64,000 nt of DNA from Obrimoposthia wandeli (taxonomy: Eukaryota): positions 62,001 to 126,000 of the forward strand of contig CDROCS010002469.1 of the NCBI GenBank assembly GCA_977020255.1, in the 5' to 3' direction. The first letter of the stretch is position 1, and each line of letters opens with the position of its first letter. A program made the translations under genes and the position numbers. Of this stretch, positions 20,601 through 29,351 are shown piece after piece. The notes beneath the pieces are model-generated. The model was not told where the DNA came from, searched no databases, and saw only the letters and a program-made list of their open reading frames with translations.

Positions 20601-20763
20601 CCCCCTGTGGTAGTATTTGATAGATGCTGTTATCGGTTGCCAGCACTACTCGCTCAGCATAATCACTACTCACATCACCGCTAAATGCAGATTCTCTTAA
20701 GCGGTCTAAAAACTCTAAATATTGTGTAGGTGGTGTATGGGGGTCAGCCAGTTTAGGTATCAT
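17623..20763 (-). CDS. ydiJ: FAD-binding/(Fe-S)-binding oxidoreductase, YdiJ-like (D-2-hydroxyglutarate dehydrogenase family)
   Basis: PRGGGTGTNGQ, WGEHGKG, CNGNGAC, CLACKSC..QCP and CCGMAGTYG motifs; 1046 aa. Confidence 0.88.
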   Translation of the reverse strand: MIPKLADPHTPPTQYLEFLDRLRESAFSGDVSSDYAERVVLATDNSIYQILPQGVVYPRSVEDLAIVTGLANQSAFSQIVLSPRGGGTGTNGQSLTDGIVVDISKYMNNILEINSEQCWVKVQTGVVKDQLNAALKPYGLFFAPELSTSNRATIGGMINTDASGQGSCMYGKTRDHVLSLKTVFLDGETWQSSPLNDQQLQVVCQRDDRIGGIHRLLDKIAREQGALITEKFPKLNRCLTGYDLAHIRNEKGELDLNSVLCGSEGSLGFIAEAKLNVLPIPKFAALVNLKYASFESSMRDAKELMQWQPTSIETIDSKVLNLAMNDIVWESVTDFFEHVTGEPQIQGINLVEYTSDDEAELDAKIAKLEKHLQDVSGKTGKCFGYTIVKGSQNINKIWAMRKKAVGLLGNGAGQERPIPFVEDTAVPPENLADFIMEFRALLDSYDLPYGMFGHVDAGVLHVRPAIDMKDPQQAALIRPITDGVVKLTQKYNGLLWGEHGKGVRSEYSPAFFGELYVQLQFIKGCLDPHNQLNPGKIATPLIPTPLIATIATPLINASSEKTASFNIEENVIQLLKIDEVPTRGEYDRQIGISAREEFSQAMFCNGNGACYNYDPNDAMCPSWKVTRERKHSPKGRASLIRQWLLMLEKQGERFDSGPSSTLQTVINTPQVLLKKAFNTRAKSKGEYDYSHEVHDAMMGCLACKSCVAQCPIKVNVPDFRSKFLSHYYQRYQRPVKDYLIASLEYLVPLWSKVPSVYNLLTTSKLGVKLLTKIGVQDSPSICTHSLIKGMQQRQLEFASNRRLNSLSPQMREKSVVLVQDAFTSYFETQLVLDVCDFLKALGFHVFVAPFKANGKPLHVHGFLGAFTRSATKNAAMLTGFSQANIPLIGIDPSMTLTYRQEYKAAQIDAPDVMLLQEWLVGKTSQLEQLGAKLTAKEYKLMAHCTEKTSAAASNKQWQQIFQLLGQQLTVEALGCCGMAGTYGHETQNIENSKELYNMSWKKVVADNQSSALLATGYSCRSQVKRIDQKIINHPLQAIIKQLQDQL

Positions 20764-20988
20764 ATTCTTCTCAAAAATTTAGTAGTTTAAAGGCTTACTA
20801 TTTTCAGCAAAAGTAAGCAGTAATCTTGTTAATCAAATCAGCACTGCATTGGCTAGCTTTTATACAAGTGCATATACAAGTTCTTATACAGCCACAAGCC
20901 TATTAATAAACTAGACGTTAACGTGCTTATCATGCAAAATTAACACTTATCAATCAAACAATAAAATTCAATCGATTAATCGAAAAAT

Positions 20989-21957
20989 ATGAATAATAGC
21001 AATAATTCAACTAACATCTCTATTAAGCACCTCACCGCTTTTGTCGAAATCGCCAATGTAGCGAGTTTCACACGTGCCTCTGCACAGCTAAATGTAACTC
21101 AATCAACCTTAACAGCCAGCATCAAACAGCTAGAACAACAAGCTGGCTTAACGCTATTTGATAGAACCACTCGCCAAGTAACTTTGACAAAAGAAGGCAT
21201 GCGGTTTTTACCTGTGGCCAGGCGATTAATCACCGATTTTCGACTTGCCATAGATGATTTAAAAGCAGGTTCCGAGCAACAGCGTGGGCATATTACAATA
21301 TCAACCTCGCCTACCGGTAATAGTTTTCTAATCCCTGAATTAGTTAAAGCTTATCATCATGATTATCCCAAGATAGAATTATCGATATACGAAGCTGGCG
21401 CTAGTGAAATAGAGCAACAAGTTTTATCAAAATTTGCGGATTTCGGCTTAGGCAGTAACCATAGCCAGCATCCCGATTTACAATATCAACTTATTTTACA
21501 AGATCGCTACGGCGTGGTTATGAATAAAGATCATCCCTTAGCCAGTTATAAACAGCTTAACTGGGCGCAATTACAAACACATAAAATGCTCCACCTCTCA
21601 TTAGATAACGGTATAAGATCAGAATTAGAGTGGCTAAACAAACAAGACATTATTCAATACCCGAATAGCCCACCAATAATTGAAGCTTCTAACCCCAATG
21701 GCTTAGTAGCGCTTATCAAAAGCAAAATCGGGGTAGCCGTATTACCGGCACTTAGCGCTCAAGAAATGCGCTTTTCTCAATTATGTTTTATCCCTTTAAC
21801 TAATCCTGCGCGTTCGCGTTCACTGTATATAGTCAAACGAAAAGATTATACTTTACCGCCTGCTGCCTTAAATATGTTGGAAATTTTACAGTGCATATTG
21901 CAACAACCCGCTTTACAAACATTTCCATTAGTGGAAATAAATACTGAAAATTATTAA
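20989..21957 (+). CDS. LysR family transcriptional regulator divergent from ydiJ
   Basis: SFTRASAQLNVTQSTLTASIKQLE..G..LFDRTTR HTH. Confidence 0.93.
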   Translation: MNNSNNSTNISIKHLTAFVEIANVASFTRASAQLNVTQSTLTASIKQLEQQAGLTLFDRTTRQVTLTKEGMRFLPVARRLITDFRLAIDDLKAGSEQQRGHITISTSPTGNSFLIPELVKAYHHDYPKIELSIYEAGASEIEQQVLSKFADFGLGSNHSQHPDLQYQLILQDRYGVVMNKDHPLASYKQLNWAQLQTHKMLHLSLDNGIRSELEWLNKQDIIQYPNSPPIIEASNPNGLVALIKSKIGVAVLPALSAQEMRFSQLCFIPLTNPARSRSLYIVKRKDYTLPPAALNMLEILQCILQQPALQTFPLVEINTENY

Positions 21958-22154
21958 GCGCTCTTTATAGTGCATCTAGCGATAACAAAATAAGAGATAA
22001 ATCGGCTAAATATCACAGTCAGTGCCTAAACCATAAGGATATAGGCTAAAAAAAAGCGTTATTTACTAACTCCTAACCCTGTATTATTGAGCGCTACGTC
22101 ATACCCTTTGGTAAGCGATCCTTAAATATCAGACACTTAAACCGCGAGACCCCA

Positions 22155-22406
22155 ATGGCGAAACCTAACTCTAAAGGCCCCTCTAAAACGATTAACATTT
22201 TTTGCAATCAATGCAAGGCTCCCTTATTTAAATATAAAAAAAGTGGCAAAGGAGCACTCATAAAGTGCTTTAAAGAGAGAATCGTTAGAGATTTCACCAT
22301 AGATCAAATTTCATGCCCAAGCTGTCAGCAGCAATTTGCCAGAGACACTTTAATAAGAGGAGTACCTGCTCTTAAATTCATAGGTACTAAAGTTGGCTTT
22401 AAATAG
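22155..22406 (+). CDS. Small zinc-ribbon hypothetical protein
   Basis: Two CxxC pairs (CNQC, CPSC); basic; 83 aa. Confidence 0.75.
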   Translation: MAKPNSKGPSKTINIFCNQCKAPLFKYKKSGKGALIKCFKERIVRDFTIDQISCPSCQQQFARDTLIRGVPALKFIGTKVGFK

Positions 22407-22706
22407 CGATACGCCAAATTTTTATCAAGAGCACTATCCAAACACTTTAATTTTTTACCTTCCAAGAGCTACATTATTACGGATTTCTACCAAAAGCTTA
22501 CTAAGCGCAACAAGATAAATAGCAAAAGGCTGTTTTAATTATTTCTTTAAATTTATGCACTGTTAATTCAAATCACCCAACGAAATGTCGGCACTGATGC
22601 AATGTTATTAATCAAATTTAGACAAGCATGACATTCGTTCATATTTCAGTCATAAACAGGTAAAACGCCCAGCACATCAGGGCTAGATAAATGTGCCCAC
22701 ATCTAC

Positions 22707-22715
22707 TGTGGATAA
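22707..22715 (-). promoter_or_regulatory. Single perfect DnaA box (TTATCCACA)
   Basis: Exact 9-mer in a 780-bp gene-free region. It is isolated, so it may be a chance match. Confidence 0.25.
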
Positions 22716-23184
22716 CTCTGTTAGTAGTGTCATGAGATTGCCTTGTAGCCCATTTATTACAGTACATTCATCGAATTGTATGTTTTTTAATCATATATCC
22801 ATACTGTTAAAAAACATACAGTTATGGGTTCTTTCAAGCTTTATTTCGCTAATTACTCGCAGCGCCCATCGTTTCTAGCATCTTTTATGTCAATAGTTTT
22901 TTTATATAAAAAAATGTTATTTTAAAGGTTTTATATAAGCAATAAGTACAATTTTTTACTTGATTTTTCAATTTTCCTCTCTAGTAGCCGAAACTTACTT
23001 TCATTCATTTTTCTGGATACATTTCGCCTTCATTTTGCAAAATTTATGTTTACTTTATTAAACGCCTTTACTTTAATCATGTTATTTGGCATATAGATAC
23101 TCCCATCTTCTTATCAATAAGTTAGACTGACACTCTTTCAATTACCCTTTCATTTTCATTACTAAATTAAATACAATAAATTAT

Positions 23185-23805
23185 ATGAGCTACGAGCGTC
23201 CTAAAGAAAAAGTAGAAGTATCTCAAGTCATTAAAAAAAGCCAATTTATCGGCAACCTTGCAATAGTCAGTGATTCTGCACAAGCTCTGGAGTTTGTTCA
23301 ACAGATAAAGTCATTACACAATTCTGCTAACCATAGTTGTCACTGTTTCATTGCCGGCACTCCTGAGCAATCTTCTCTGTGGGGCTATAGTGACGACGGA
23401 GAGCCCAAAGGAACCGCAGGACTGCCTATGTTTCAAGTTTTAAGATATAGTGCCTTAGGCAATGTCTGCGTTGTTGTCACGCGTTATTTTGGCGGTATTA
23501 AGTTAGGTACGGGGGGCATAGCAAGGGCTTATAGTTCAACAGTCAAGCTAACGTTAGACGGCTGCTCTAGAGAGATCATTGAACTCACCTGTGAAAAATC
23601 TCTAATTGCTCCTTTTCATTTAACAGGGGCACTTGAGCACATTATTAAGCAAACAAAGGGTATTACGGTTATTCAACGAGAATGGCTGGCTAATGGCCAA
23701 AAATTGAAACTTTGTATTGAAGAGCCTAGTTTAGGTATTTATAACTTGGCTTTATCACCTTACCTTCATGAATTACAAATATTAGAAAATACTGAGCGCG
23801 AATAG
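23185..23805 (+). CDS. yigZ: YigZ/IMPACT family protein
   Basis: IKKSQFI, ANHSC, SDDGEPKGTAGLPM and VVTRYFGGIKLGTGGIARAY motifs. Confidence 0.92.
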   Translation: MSYERPKEKVEVSQVIKKSQFIGNLAIVSDSAQALEFVQQIKSLHNSANHSCHCFIAGTPEQSSLWGYSDDGEPKGTAGLPMFQVLRYSALGNVCVVVTRYFGGIKLGTGGIARAYSSTVKLTLDGCSREIIELTCEKSLIAPFHLTGALEHIIKQTKGITVIQREWLANGQKLKLCIEEPSLGIYNLALSPYLHELQILENTERE

Positions 23806-24252
23806 TTAGTGTAAATAATTGAGCAAAGGTAAGTGTTTAATTTTATGGTAGCGCAAAGCCATCGATAGACATACACTAAGCTCTGCAATTGGAAACGCTG
23901 CTAAAGAATCTGACTTTGTATTGTCACACGGCTGTTGATTCAGCGAAAAAGCTATTTCTCGATTACCTACAAATTGAAAAGTATCAGGGAATATTTCTTT
24001 AAAAGTACTCACTAATTTCGAACCGCAGTTAAAATACACACAAAATTGGTGATCGACATTTATGTTGTAAGCTAAACGGATAGGGCTGCCAAACTTAGTT
24101 TTAAAGCTAGGTTCACCCCACTTTAAAGTTTCCTCAACCTCCCCTAATTGCTCTTGCAGCACTATATTGAAAATAATTTCTCGTATCATTAATAACTGTT
24201 TGGCAATACTTTCAGGGTAAGTTGAAAACTTATCTAGCACGCAATTATTCAC
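23806..24252 (-). CDS. DUF1801 (YdhG-like) domain protein
   Basis: EETLKWGEPSF, GSPIRL and YFNCGSKLVSTFKEIF motifs. Confidence 0.8.
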   Translation of the reverse strand: MNNCVLDKFSTYPESIAKQLLMIREIIFNIVLQEQLGEVEETLKWGEPSFKTKFGSPIRLAYNINVDHQFCVYFNCGSKLVSTFKEIFPDTFQFVGNREIAFSLNQQPCDNTKSDSLAAFPIAELSVCLSMALRYHKIKHLPLLNYLH

Positions 24253-24663
24253 TTATTCCTCTTGGCTTTTCAAGCCTATAATAGATACACAGGTAATATT
24301 TTCATCTACCACTCATTCAGTTAATTCTATCGCAATTAAATTATTAATCATAACTGAAAGAGCAAAGATTATTATCCTTAGATGAATCAGCTTTCCCATA
24401 CAATAATCAATCGCTAAAAACGCGTATTCTTTGCGAATCAGTCCTCTAAAAACAGTTCGATTTCAATCACACCTTTGCCTATAACAATAGATGAACGAGT
24501 TTCCATTCAAACTTTGATTACTCAAAATAGCCATTTTGGAAACACACAAACAGACATTTACAGTATGAACCGACTCTATTTGAGAGGATTCTTAAAACCA
24601 CAACACTTAACTATTGGATGGTAGCGCTTCACTTACTGCTATATTTAGACTCAAGGTGTTCAT

Positions 24664-25065
24664 ATGCTAAAAAAGTTAAAGGAATATAAAGAATTGATTT
24701 CTATTATTCTTTTTTTCTTAGCTGGCTTTAGCTGGTTTAATAATCAATTCCCTACCAAGAGTGACTTAAGTAATGAAATAAAAGTCGTTAATTGCTTATT
24801 GCAAAATTATATGGAACTAACGCAATTACAAATAGAATATCAGAATAACTTACCTATTATTAACACACTCACAAAAGAAATTAATAGACTAAAAAGTGAT
24901 AGCTTATCCTTAGAGCTGTCACCACCACTTCGCTCAGAACTTATTTTTAATTTGGACCAAAGTGAGAATAATTTTAGGCATGTAGTGGATAAACAGCGCA
25001 ATATTATTGCAAACATAGAAGAGATAATGAAACGCCTCGCCAGCCATGTTTGTAAAAAAGAATAA
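24664..25065 (+). CDS. Hypothetical protein, N-terminal TM anchor + coiled coil
   Basis: AGG-type RBS, hydrophobic residues 11-25, heptad-rich remainder, Cys near both ends of the soluble part. Confidence 0.7.
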   Translation: MLKKLKEYKELISIILFFLAGFSWFNNQFPTKSDLSNEIKVVNCLLQNYMELTQLQIEYQNNLPIINTLTKEINRLKSDSLSLELSPPLRSELIFNLDQSENNFRHVVDKQRNIIANIEEIMKRLASHVCKKE

Positions 25066-25302
25066 CTTGAATCTTTGCCCAGAAACGTTACATAACTTAA
25101 AAACAAGATCCAGTAAAGAATATGACAGTGCAGTTAGGATTTAGTCAGTGTATTTTTTAGAGATAATTGACAGGAAAGCAGCATGCTTAAGTTTAATTTT
25201 TTCAAACTCAGATCTATTAACACATCAGCTTTCCTACCTTTTCATGGCGATTCTTCGGTCACCAATAGGCATAGACACCTAAGTCAATTATACGTAATAA
25301 AA

Positions 25303-25770
25303 ATGACTCTTCTACTGATTCTCACTAACCTTTTACTCGTAAATGAAAGCAATGCTGGGCTTTCTGAATCCCTCCAGAACAACCTGCTCAATTATAATCA
25401 ATCTTATGAGCGAGTAACCAAGCCCAAAATCATCAAGGATACTCCTGCAAGATTATGGATCCATATGAGAAACGATGACCAATCAACCTTGGCAGAAGAT
25501 ATTTATCAGCTAACCTCTACTATCAAGCTAAACGGCTTATCTATTGAGCAACAATCTTTACAAATAGTAAAAACAGGACCTGACAACAGTCAATTACGTT
25601 TTTTTAAGAGCACTGATAAAAGCAACGCCCAATACTTAATAAACCAGCTTAGAAAGCTTATTCCTTCAATAGAAATTATCGATCTATCCGAAAAATATAA
25701 CAGTGTTAGTTGGATCAAAAATGGCCACTTTGAAATCTGGCTATCCACAAAAGCTAATAACCTAAATTAA
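25303..25770 (+). CDS. Hypothetical exported protein with a LytR_C-like C-terminal domain
   Basis: A signal-peptide-like MTLLLILTNLLLVNESNA starts at 25303 (the track starts at 25183). The C-terminal RLWIH...QLRFFK..D...A..L...DLS..Y......HFEIWL pattern is recalled from accessory domains. Confidence 0.6.
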   Translation: MTLLLILTNLLLVNESNAGLSESLQNNLLNYNQSYERVTKPKIIKDTPARLWIHMRNDDQSTLAEDIYQLTSTIKLNGLSIEQQSLQIVKTGPDNSQLRFFKSTDKSNAQYLINQLRKLIPSIEIIDLSEKYNSVSWIKNGHFEIWLSTKANNLN

Positions 25771-25773
25771 ACA

Positions 25774-26772
25774 CTACAGATCTCCTCTACATTGCGCATC
25801 CCATTGCGTAAGCAAGGCCATAATCGCTTTTGAATCATCAATATTGGGATATGGCAAAAGCTGATTTTTTCCTTTTTCGGCGATCAAAGATAGGAATTGC
25901 TGTGTTTGATAATAAAATGCATCACCTTCAGATTTGATAACAACTTCTTCATTTTCTTCTTTATCATCCATAACGCTGATTTTGAATTTATTTTCTTTAG
26001 CATCAGGCATCCAAACGTTGTTAATTAACTCAATACGCACTTTGCTAGTCTCGATTACAAACAGTGGCTGTTCGTCATAAGCTTCTGCACAATGAATATT
26101 AGCCACTACTGAGTTTGCAAAGGTGAGCTTCACACTGGCATCAATAATTTTTTGCTTAAGAATATCAAACTCACCGCGTGCCTTCAAAACAGCACTACCA
26201 GCAACATCTTGGCCATATATTGATTGCATAATGCATTGTACAGATGACATTGGATAACAGCCTAGATCAAAGATAACTCCGCCACCTTGTGCATTAACAA
26301 ACTGCGCGATATCAACACAGTAGCTGGCACATATCTGAGTAATCTCGCCTAATTCGCCGCTTTTCAAACGGTTGATCAATGCTTTAAAATACGGGTGATG
26401 TACGTACATCAGCCCTTCAATAAAACTGTTAGCACTGTCTTTTACAGCAGTCACTATTTCGTCAGTTTTAAGCATATCGACACTTAAAGACTTTTCACAC
26501 AGTACATCTTTATTGGCTGCTAGTGCTAATTTTGTGTATTGGTGGTGTAAATGATTCGGCAATCCAATGTAAACGATATCAATATTGTCATCGTTTATTA
26601 ACTGCTCGTAATCTGTATACGTGGTCCCTATTTTATATTGTTGAGCAAATTTTAATACTGCACTTTTTCGACGCCCTGCCACCGCTTGCAAATGACATTC
26701 AGGATGATCGACAATAGTTTGCGCGACAGTATCTGATATAAAGCTGGTACCTAATATTCCCCAACGTTGCAT
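25774..26772 (-). CDS. Gfo/Idh/MocA family oxidoreductase
   Basis: RWGILGT, IDIVYIGLPNHLH, VLCEK and GG..FDLGCY motifs. AGGAAG RBS before ATG 26772. Confidence 0.9.
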   Translation of the reverse strand: MQRWGILGTSFISDTVAQTIVDHPECHLQAVAGRRKSAVLKFAQQYKIGTTYTDYEQLINDDNIDIVYIGLPNHLHHQYTKLALAANKDVLCEKSLSVDMLKTDEIVTAVKDSANSFIEGLMYVHHPYFKALINRLKSGELGEITQICASYCVDIAQFVNAQGGGVIFDLGCYPMSSVQCIMQSIYGQDVAGSAVLKARGEFDILKQKIIDASVKLTFANSVVANIHCAEAYDEQPLFVIETSKVRIELINNVWMPDAKENKFKISVMDDKEENEEVVIKSEGDAFYYQTQQFLSLIAEKGKNQLLPYPNIDDSKAIMALLTQWDAQCRGDL

Positions 26773-27057
26773 AACACTTCCTAATGCTTCTAACATTTAT
26801 TTGTGTTTTACATCATAACACTGCCTGTAATTAAGATATCGAGTAAACTTGTGATAAATGGGCAGCATCTGCTGCTTTCATATCATTTAATTGCACTGTT
26901 TAATAAATTAAAGAATCTAAGCTAACTAAATCATTGCAATAGCACTTATGCTCAAGCTTTACTCTTAAAGAAAGGGGTCATTAACAATAATAGCTTTTGA
27001 TACCTACTACCTAGAATGATATCACTTACATATATTCAACTGAGGGAGCGACATATT

Positions 27058-27486
27058 ATGAATGAACTTATGGAATTACAAACTGGCCAAGTCGCTTTTA
27101 TTAGCAGCTTAATGGCGGGATTTTCCTTATCGATTGCAGTTCAAATCATTCGCTTGAGAAGATCCGATGTACTCAGTAACTGTAGCTTTTTACTTTTCAC
27201 TGTGAGCGCATTATTATTTTTAGTGGCTCTTTATATCGATGTTGCGCTGAGTTTGCGTACTGCTGGCCTTTCTAGTTTAAGCGAAGAAACACTACAAAAT
27301 ATTGCAAAAATACGTAATTTTGGCACATCAGCGGCAACCTCTGCATACTTTCTGTTTGTTATGTCCATTGCTTTAGTCGGTTGGTTACAATCAAAAACCA
27401 CTGGTATTATAACCACACTAGTTGCTGTTCTAACATTAGCAGTACTTATCTATGCACGTGCTACCATTTTTAGTTTAGTACTATAA
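27058..27486 (+). CDS. Hypothetical 4-TM membrane protein
   Basis: GGGAG RBS before ATG 27058; four hydrophobic segments. Confidence 0.7.
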   Translation: MNELMELQTGQVAFISSLMAGFSLSIAVQIIRLRRSDVLSNCSFLLFTVSALLFLVALYIDVALSLRTAGLSSLSEETLQNIAKIRNFGTSAATSAYFLFVMSIALVGWLQSKTTGIITTLVAVLTLAVLIYARATIFSLVL

Positions 27487-27584
27487 TTCTTGCACTTTCA
27501 AAATACACAACTTATCGAACAGCATCGCCAACCAAGCGCTTAACTGAAGCGCTTAGTTCGTAAAACGTTATAATCTAATAACAT

Positions 27585-28031
27585 TTAAGATGCTTTAGAT
27601 AATTGCTTATTATATAGATAACCAATGCCCGCAATGATGACAGCACCTAATAGCACAGGCGTTATTAAGAAACCCCAGCCTGGATTTAACAGCATAACCA
27701 GAATAGGGTTCGCGCCAGCAGGGGGGTGAGTGGTTTTTGTCAACAGCATCAAGCTTACTGCAACCCCTGTTGCCAACCCTAATGACCAAGGATAAACACC
27801 GACAAATTGCACAAAAAGCAGCCCAACTGTGGCTGTCAACAAGTGGCCTAAAATGACATTTTTAGGCTGTGCAAGTGGGCTCTGCGGCAAACCAAAAACT
27901 AATACTGTTGTCGCACCAAACGGCGCCATTAACCACATACTTCCCTCAATATATTGATCCAAATAGGCAAGCACTGCTATCGCAATTGTTGCGCCTAGAC
28001 CGGCTAATAAAGGTGTTAAATATTTTTGCAT
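27585..28031 (-). CDS. HPP family membrane protein
   Basis: MAPFGATTVLVF, SPLAQP.NV..GH and THPPAGANP motifs. True start is MQKYL at 28031. Confidence 0.9.
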   Translation of the reverse strand: MQKYLTPLLAGLGATIAIAVLAYLDQYIEGSMWLMAPFGATTVLVFGLPQSPLAQPKNVILGHLLTATVGLLFVQFVGVYPWSLGLATGVAVSLMLLTKTTHPPAGANPILVMLLNPGWGFLITPVLLGAVIIAGIGYLYNKQLSKAS

Positions 28032-28048
28032 TGTGAATCCTTTTAACT

Positions 28049-28088
28049 GTAGACTGATTTGTCTACCACTATAGACAAATCGGTCTAC
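28049..28088. promoter_or_regulatory. Two tandem palindromic TetR-type operators
   Basis: GTAGAC-tgattt-GTCTAC (28049-28066) and ATAGAC-aaatcg-GTCTAC (28071-28088) in the divergent HPP/TetR gap. Confidence 0.75.
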
Positions 28089-28128
28089 CTCTGTCAATAT
28101 TCTCTTATTAAATACACTTGGAATGACC

Positions 28129-28713
28129 ATGTCAGATAAGAAACACGCCATTATTGTCGCGGCGCTACAACTTTTTATTAGAAAAGGTATACACGGCGTG
28201 GGGATAAATGAGGTGATAAAAGAAGCGAAAGTAGCCAAAAAGACCTTATACCATTATTTCTCTTCTAAAGAAGCACTTATTGTTGCCACTTTAGAGCATA
28301 GAGACGTAATCTTTATGAATTGGATGAAATGTAGTATGCAACAAGAAAACTCAGCTAAGGAAGCACTTGAAGCTTTGTTTTTGCGATTAAATGAATGGTT
28401 TAACAATGAGGCTGCAGCACTTGGCAACTTTCACGGCTGTTTTTTTATTAACGCGGCAGCGGAATATAAAGAGCAAAGTTCCGTTATCAATCAATGCTGT
28501 CATCAGCATAAAAGTAATGTAAAAAAATTAGTTGCGTTTTACGTAGAGAAATTTGAAGCTAGCCCAACGCGAGCACTGTTTATTACTGACAGTATTTGTA
28601 TTTTAAAGGAGGGAGCGATTACTTCAGCGTTAGTGCAGCATGATTTATCAGCGGCATTAAAAGTTCTGCCATTGGTAAAATTATTGCTAAGTGACAGGTC
28701 ATCAAATGTATGA
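28129..28713 (+). CDS. TetR/AcrR family regulator
   Basis: GIHGVGINEVIKEAKVAKKTLYHYFSSKEALI HTH; GCFFINAAAE motif. Confidence 0.93.
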   Translation: MSDKKHAIIVAALQLFIRKGIHGVGINEVIKEAKVAKKTLYHYFSSKEALIVATLEHRDVIFMNWMKCSMQQENSAKEALEALFLRLNEWFNNEAAALGNFHGCFFINAAAEYKEQSSVINQCCHQHKSNVKKLVAFYVEKFEASPTRALFITDSICILKEGAITSALVQHDLSAALKVLPLVKLLLSDRSSNV

Positions 28714-28835
28714 GTTACAAATTAGTACGAAGCTAGAATAAATAAAAAGTAAAGCCTGAACGGGAGCTCATTTTTAAATATATATCACCGAAACTAACAC
28801 GCGATGGCTAGCGCGCTAGTTTTAAATAAAACTGG

Positions 28836-29117
28836 TTAGTCTTGACGATCAGTCGTTTCTAATAAATGGTAACCAAACTGAGTTTTAACAGGTCCATGTA
28901 CTACATTAATAGCTTCTTCGAAAACAACTTTATCGAATTCCGGAACCATTTGCCCTTTACTAAAATTACCTAGATCACCACCACTACGACCTGAAGGGCA
29001 TGAAGAATGCTCTTTAGCCATATCGGCAAAACTAGCGCCAGCTTCTATCTGTTCTTTAATTTCTACACATTGTTCTTCGGTTGCAACTAATAAATGACGA
29101 GCGCTTGCAGTAGGCAT
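28836..29117 (-). CDS. ppiC: Parvulin peptidyl-prolyl isomerase PpiC
   Basis: ASARHLLV, HSSCPSGRSGGDLG.F..GQMVPEFD and GPVKTQFGYHL motifs. Start MPTASA at 29117. Confidence 0.95.
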   Translation of the reverse strand: MPTASARHLLVATEEQCVEIKEQIEAGASFADMAKEHSSCPSGRSGGDLGNFSKGQMVPEFDKVVFEEAINVVHGPVKTQFGYHLLETTDRQD

Positions 29118-29351
29118 AATATTTATCCTTGATAAAGTTATTTGAAATTTGTTTACATAAAAGATAAAGGCAAAGCAATAAGTCGACTTAGTATTGCCAT
29201 TGTATTTACACAAAAAAATGGATGCAAATGATAACTATCAACCATATAAAAAGCTAGTAATTTTCACAGTGACATTCTAACTAAGTGAAACATTTGTTTT
29301 ATTTTTGTGCAATATTTAATTTATAGCATATCTATATTTAAGGAAAATCAG

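Noticed and set aside
22707-22715. Replication origin
   Set aside because: There is a single DnaA box only, with no cluster, no DUE repeats and no dnaA/gidA context.
22804-22821. CTGT...ACAG dyad as a LexA (SOS) box
   Set aside because: The spacing is CTG-N12-CAG, but LexA requires CTG-N10-CAG, and no SOS gene follows.
28032-28238. Long N-terminal extensions in the ORF track (HPP; also lon, ppiC, yegD, FAH, 2745-3236)
   Set aside because: Downstream starts have proper RBSs and match family N-termini. The HPP extension overlaps the divergent TetR gene and its operators.
29224-29242. Fur-like box upstream of ppiC (GCAAATGATAACTATCAAC)
   Set aside because: Only 13/19 matches in very AT-rich DNA, and there is no iron-related target.
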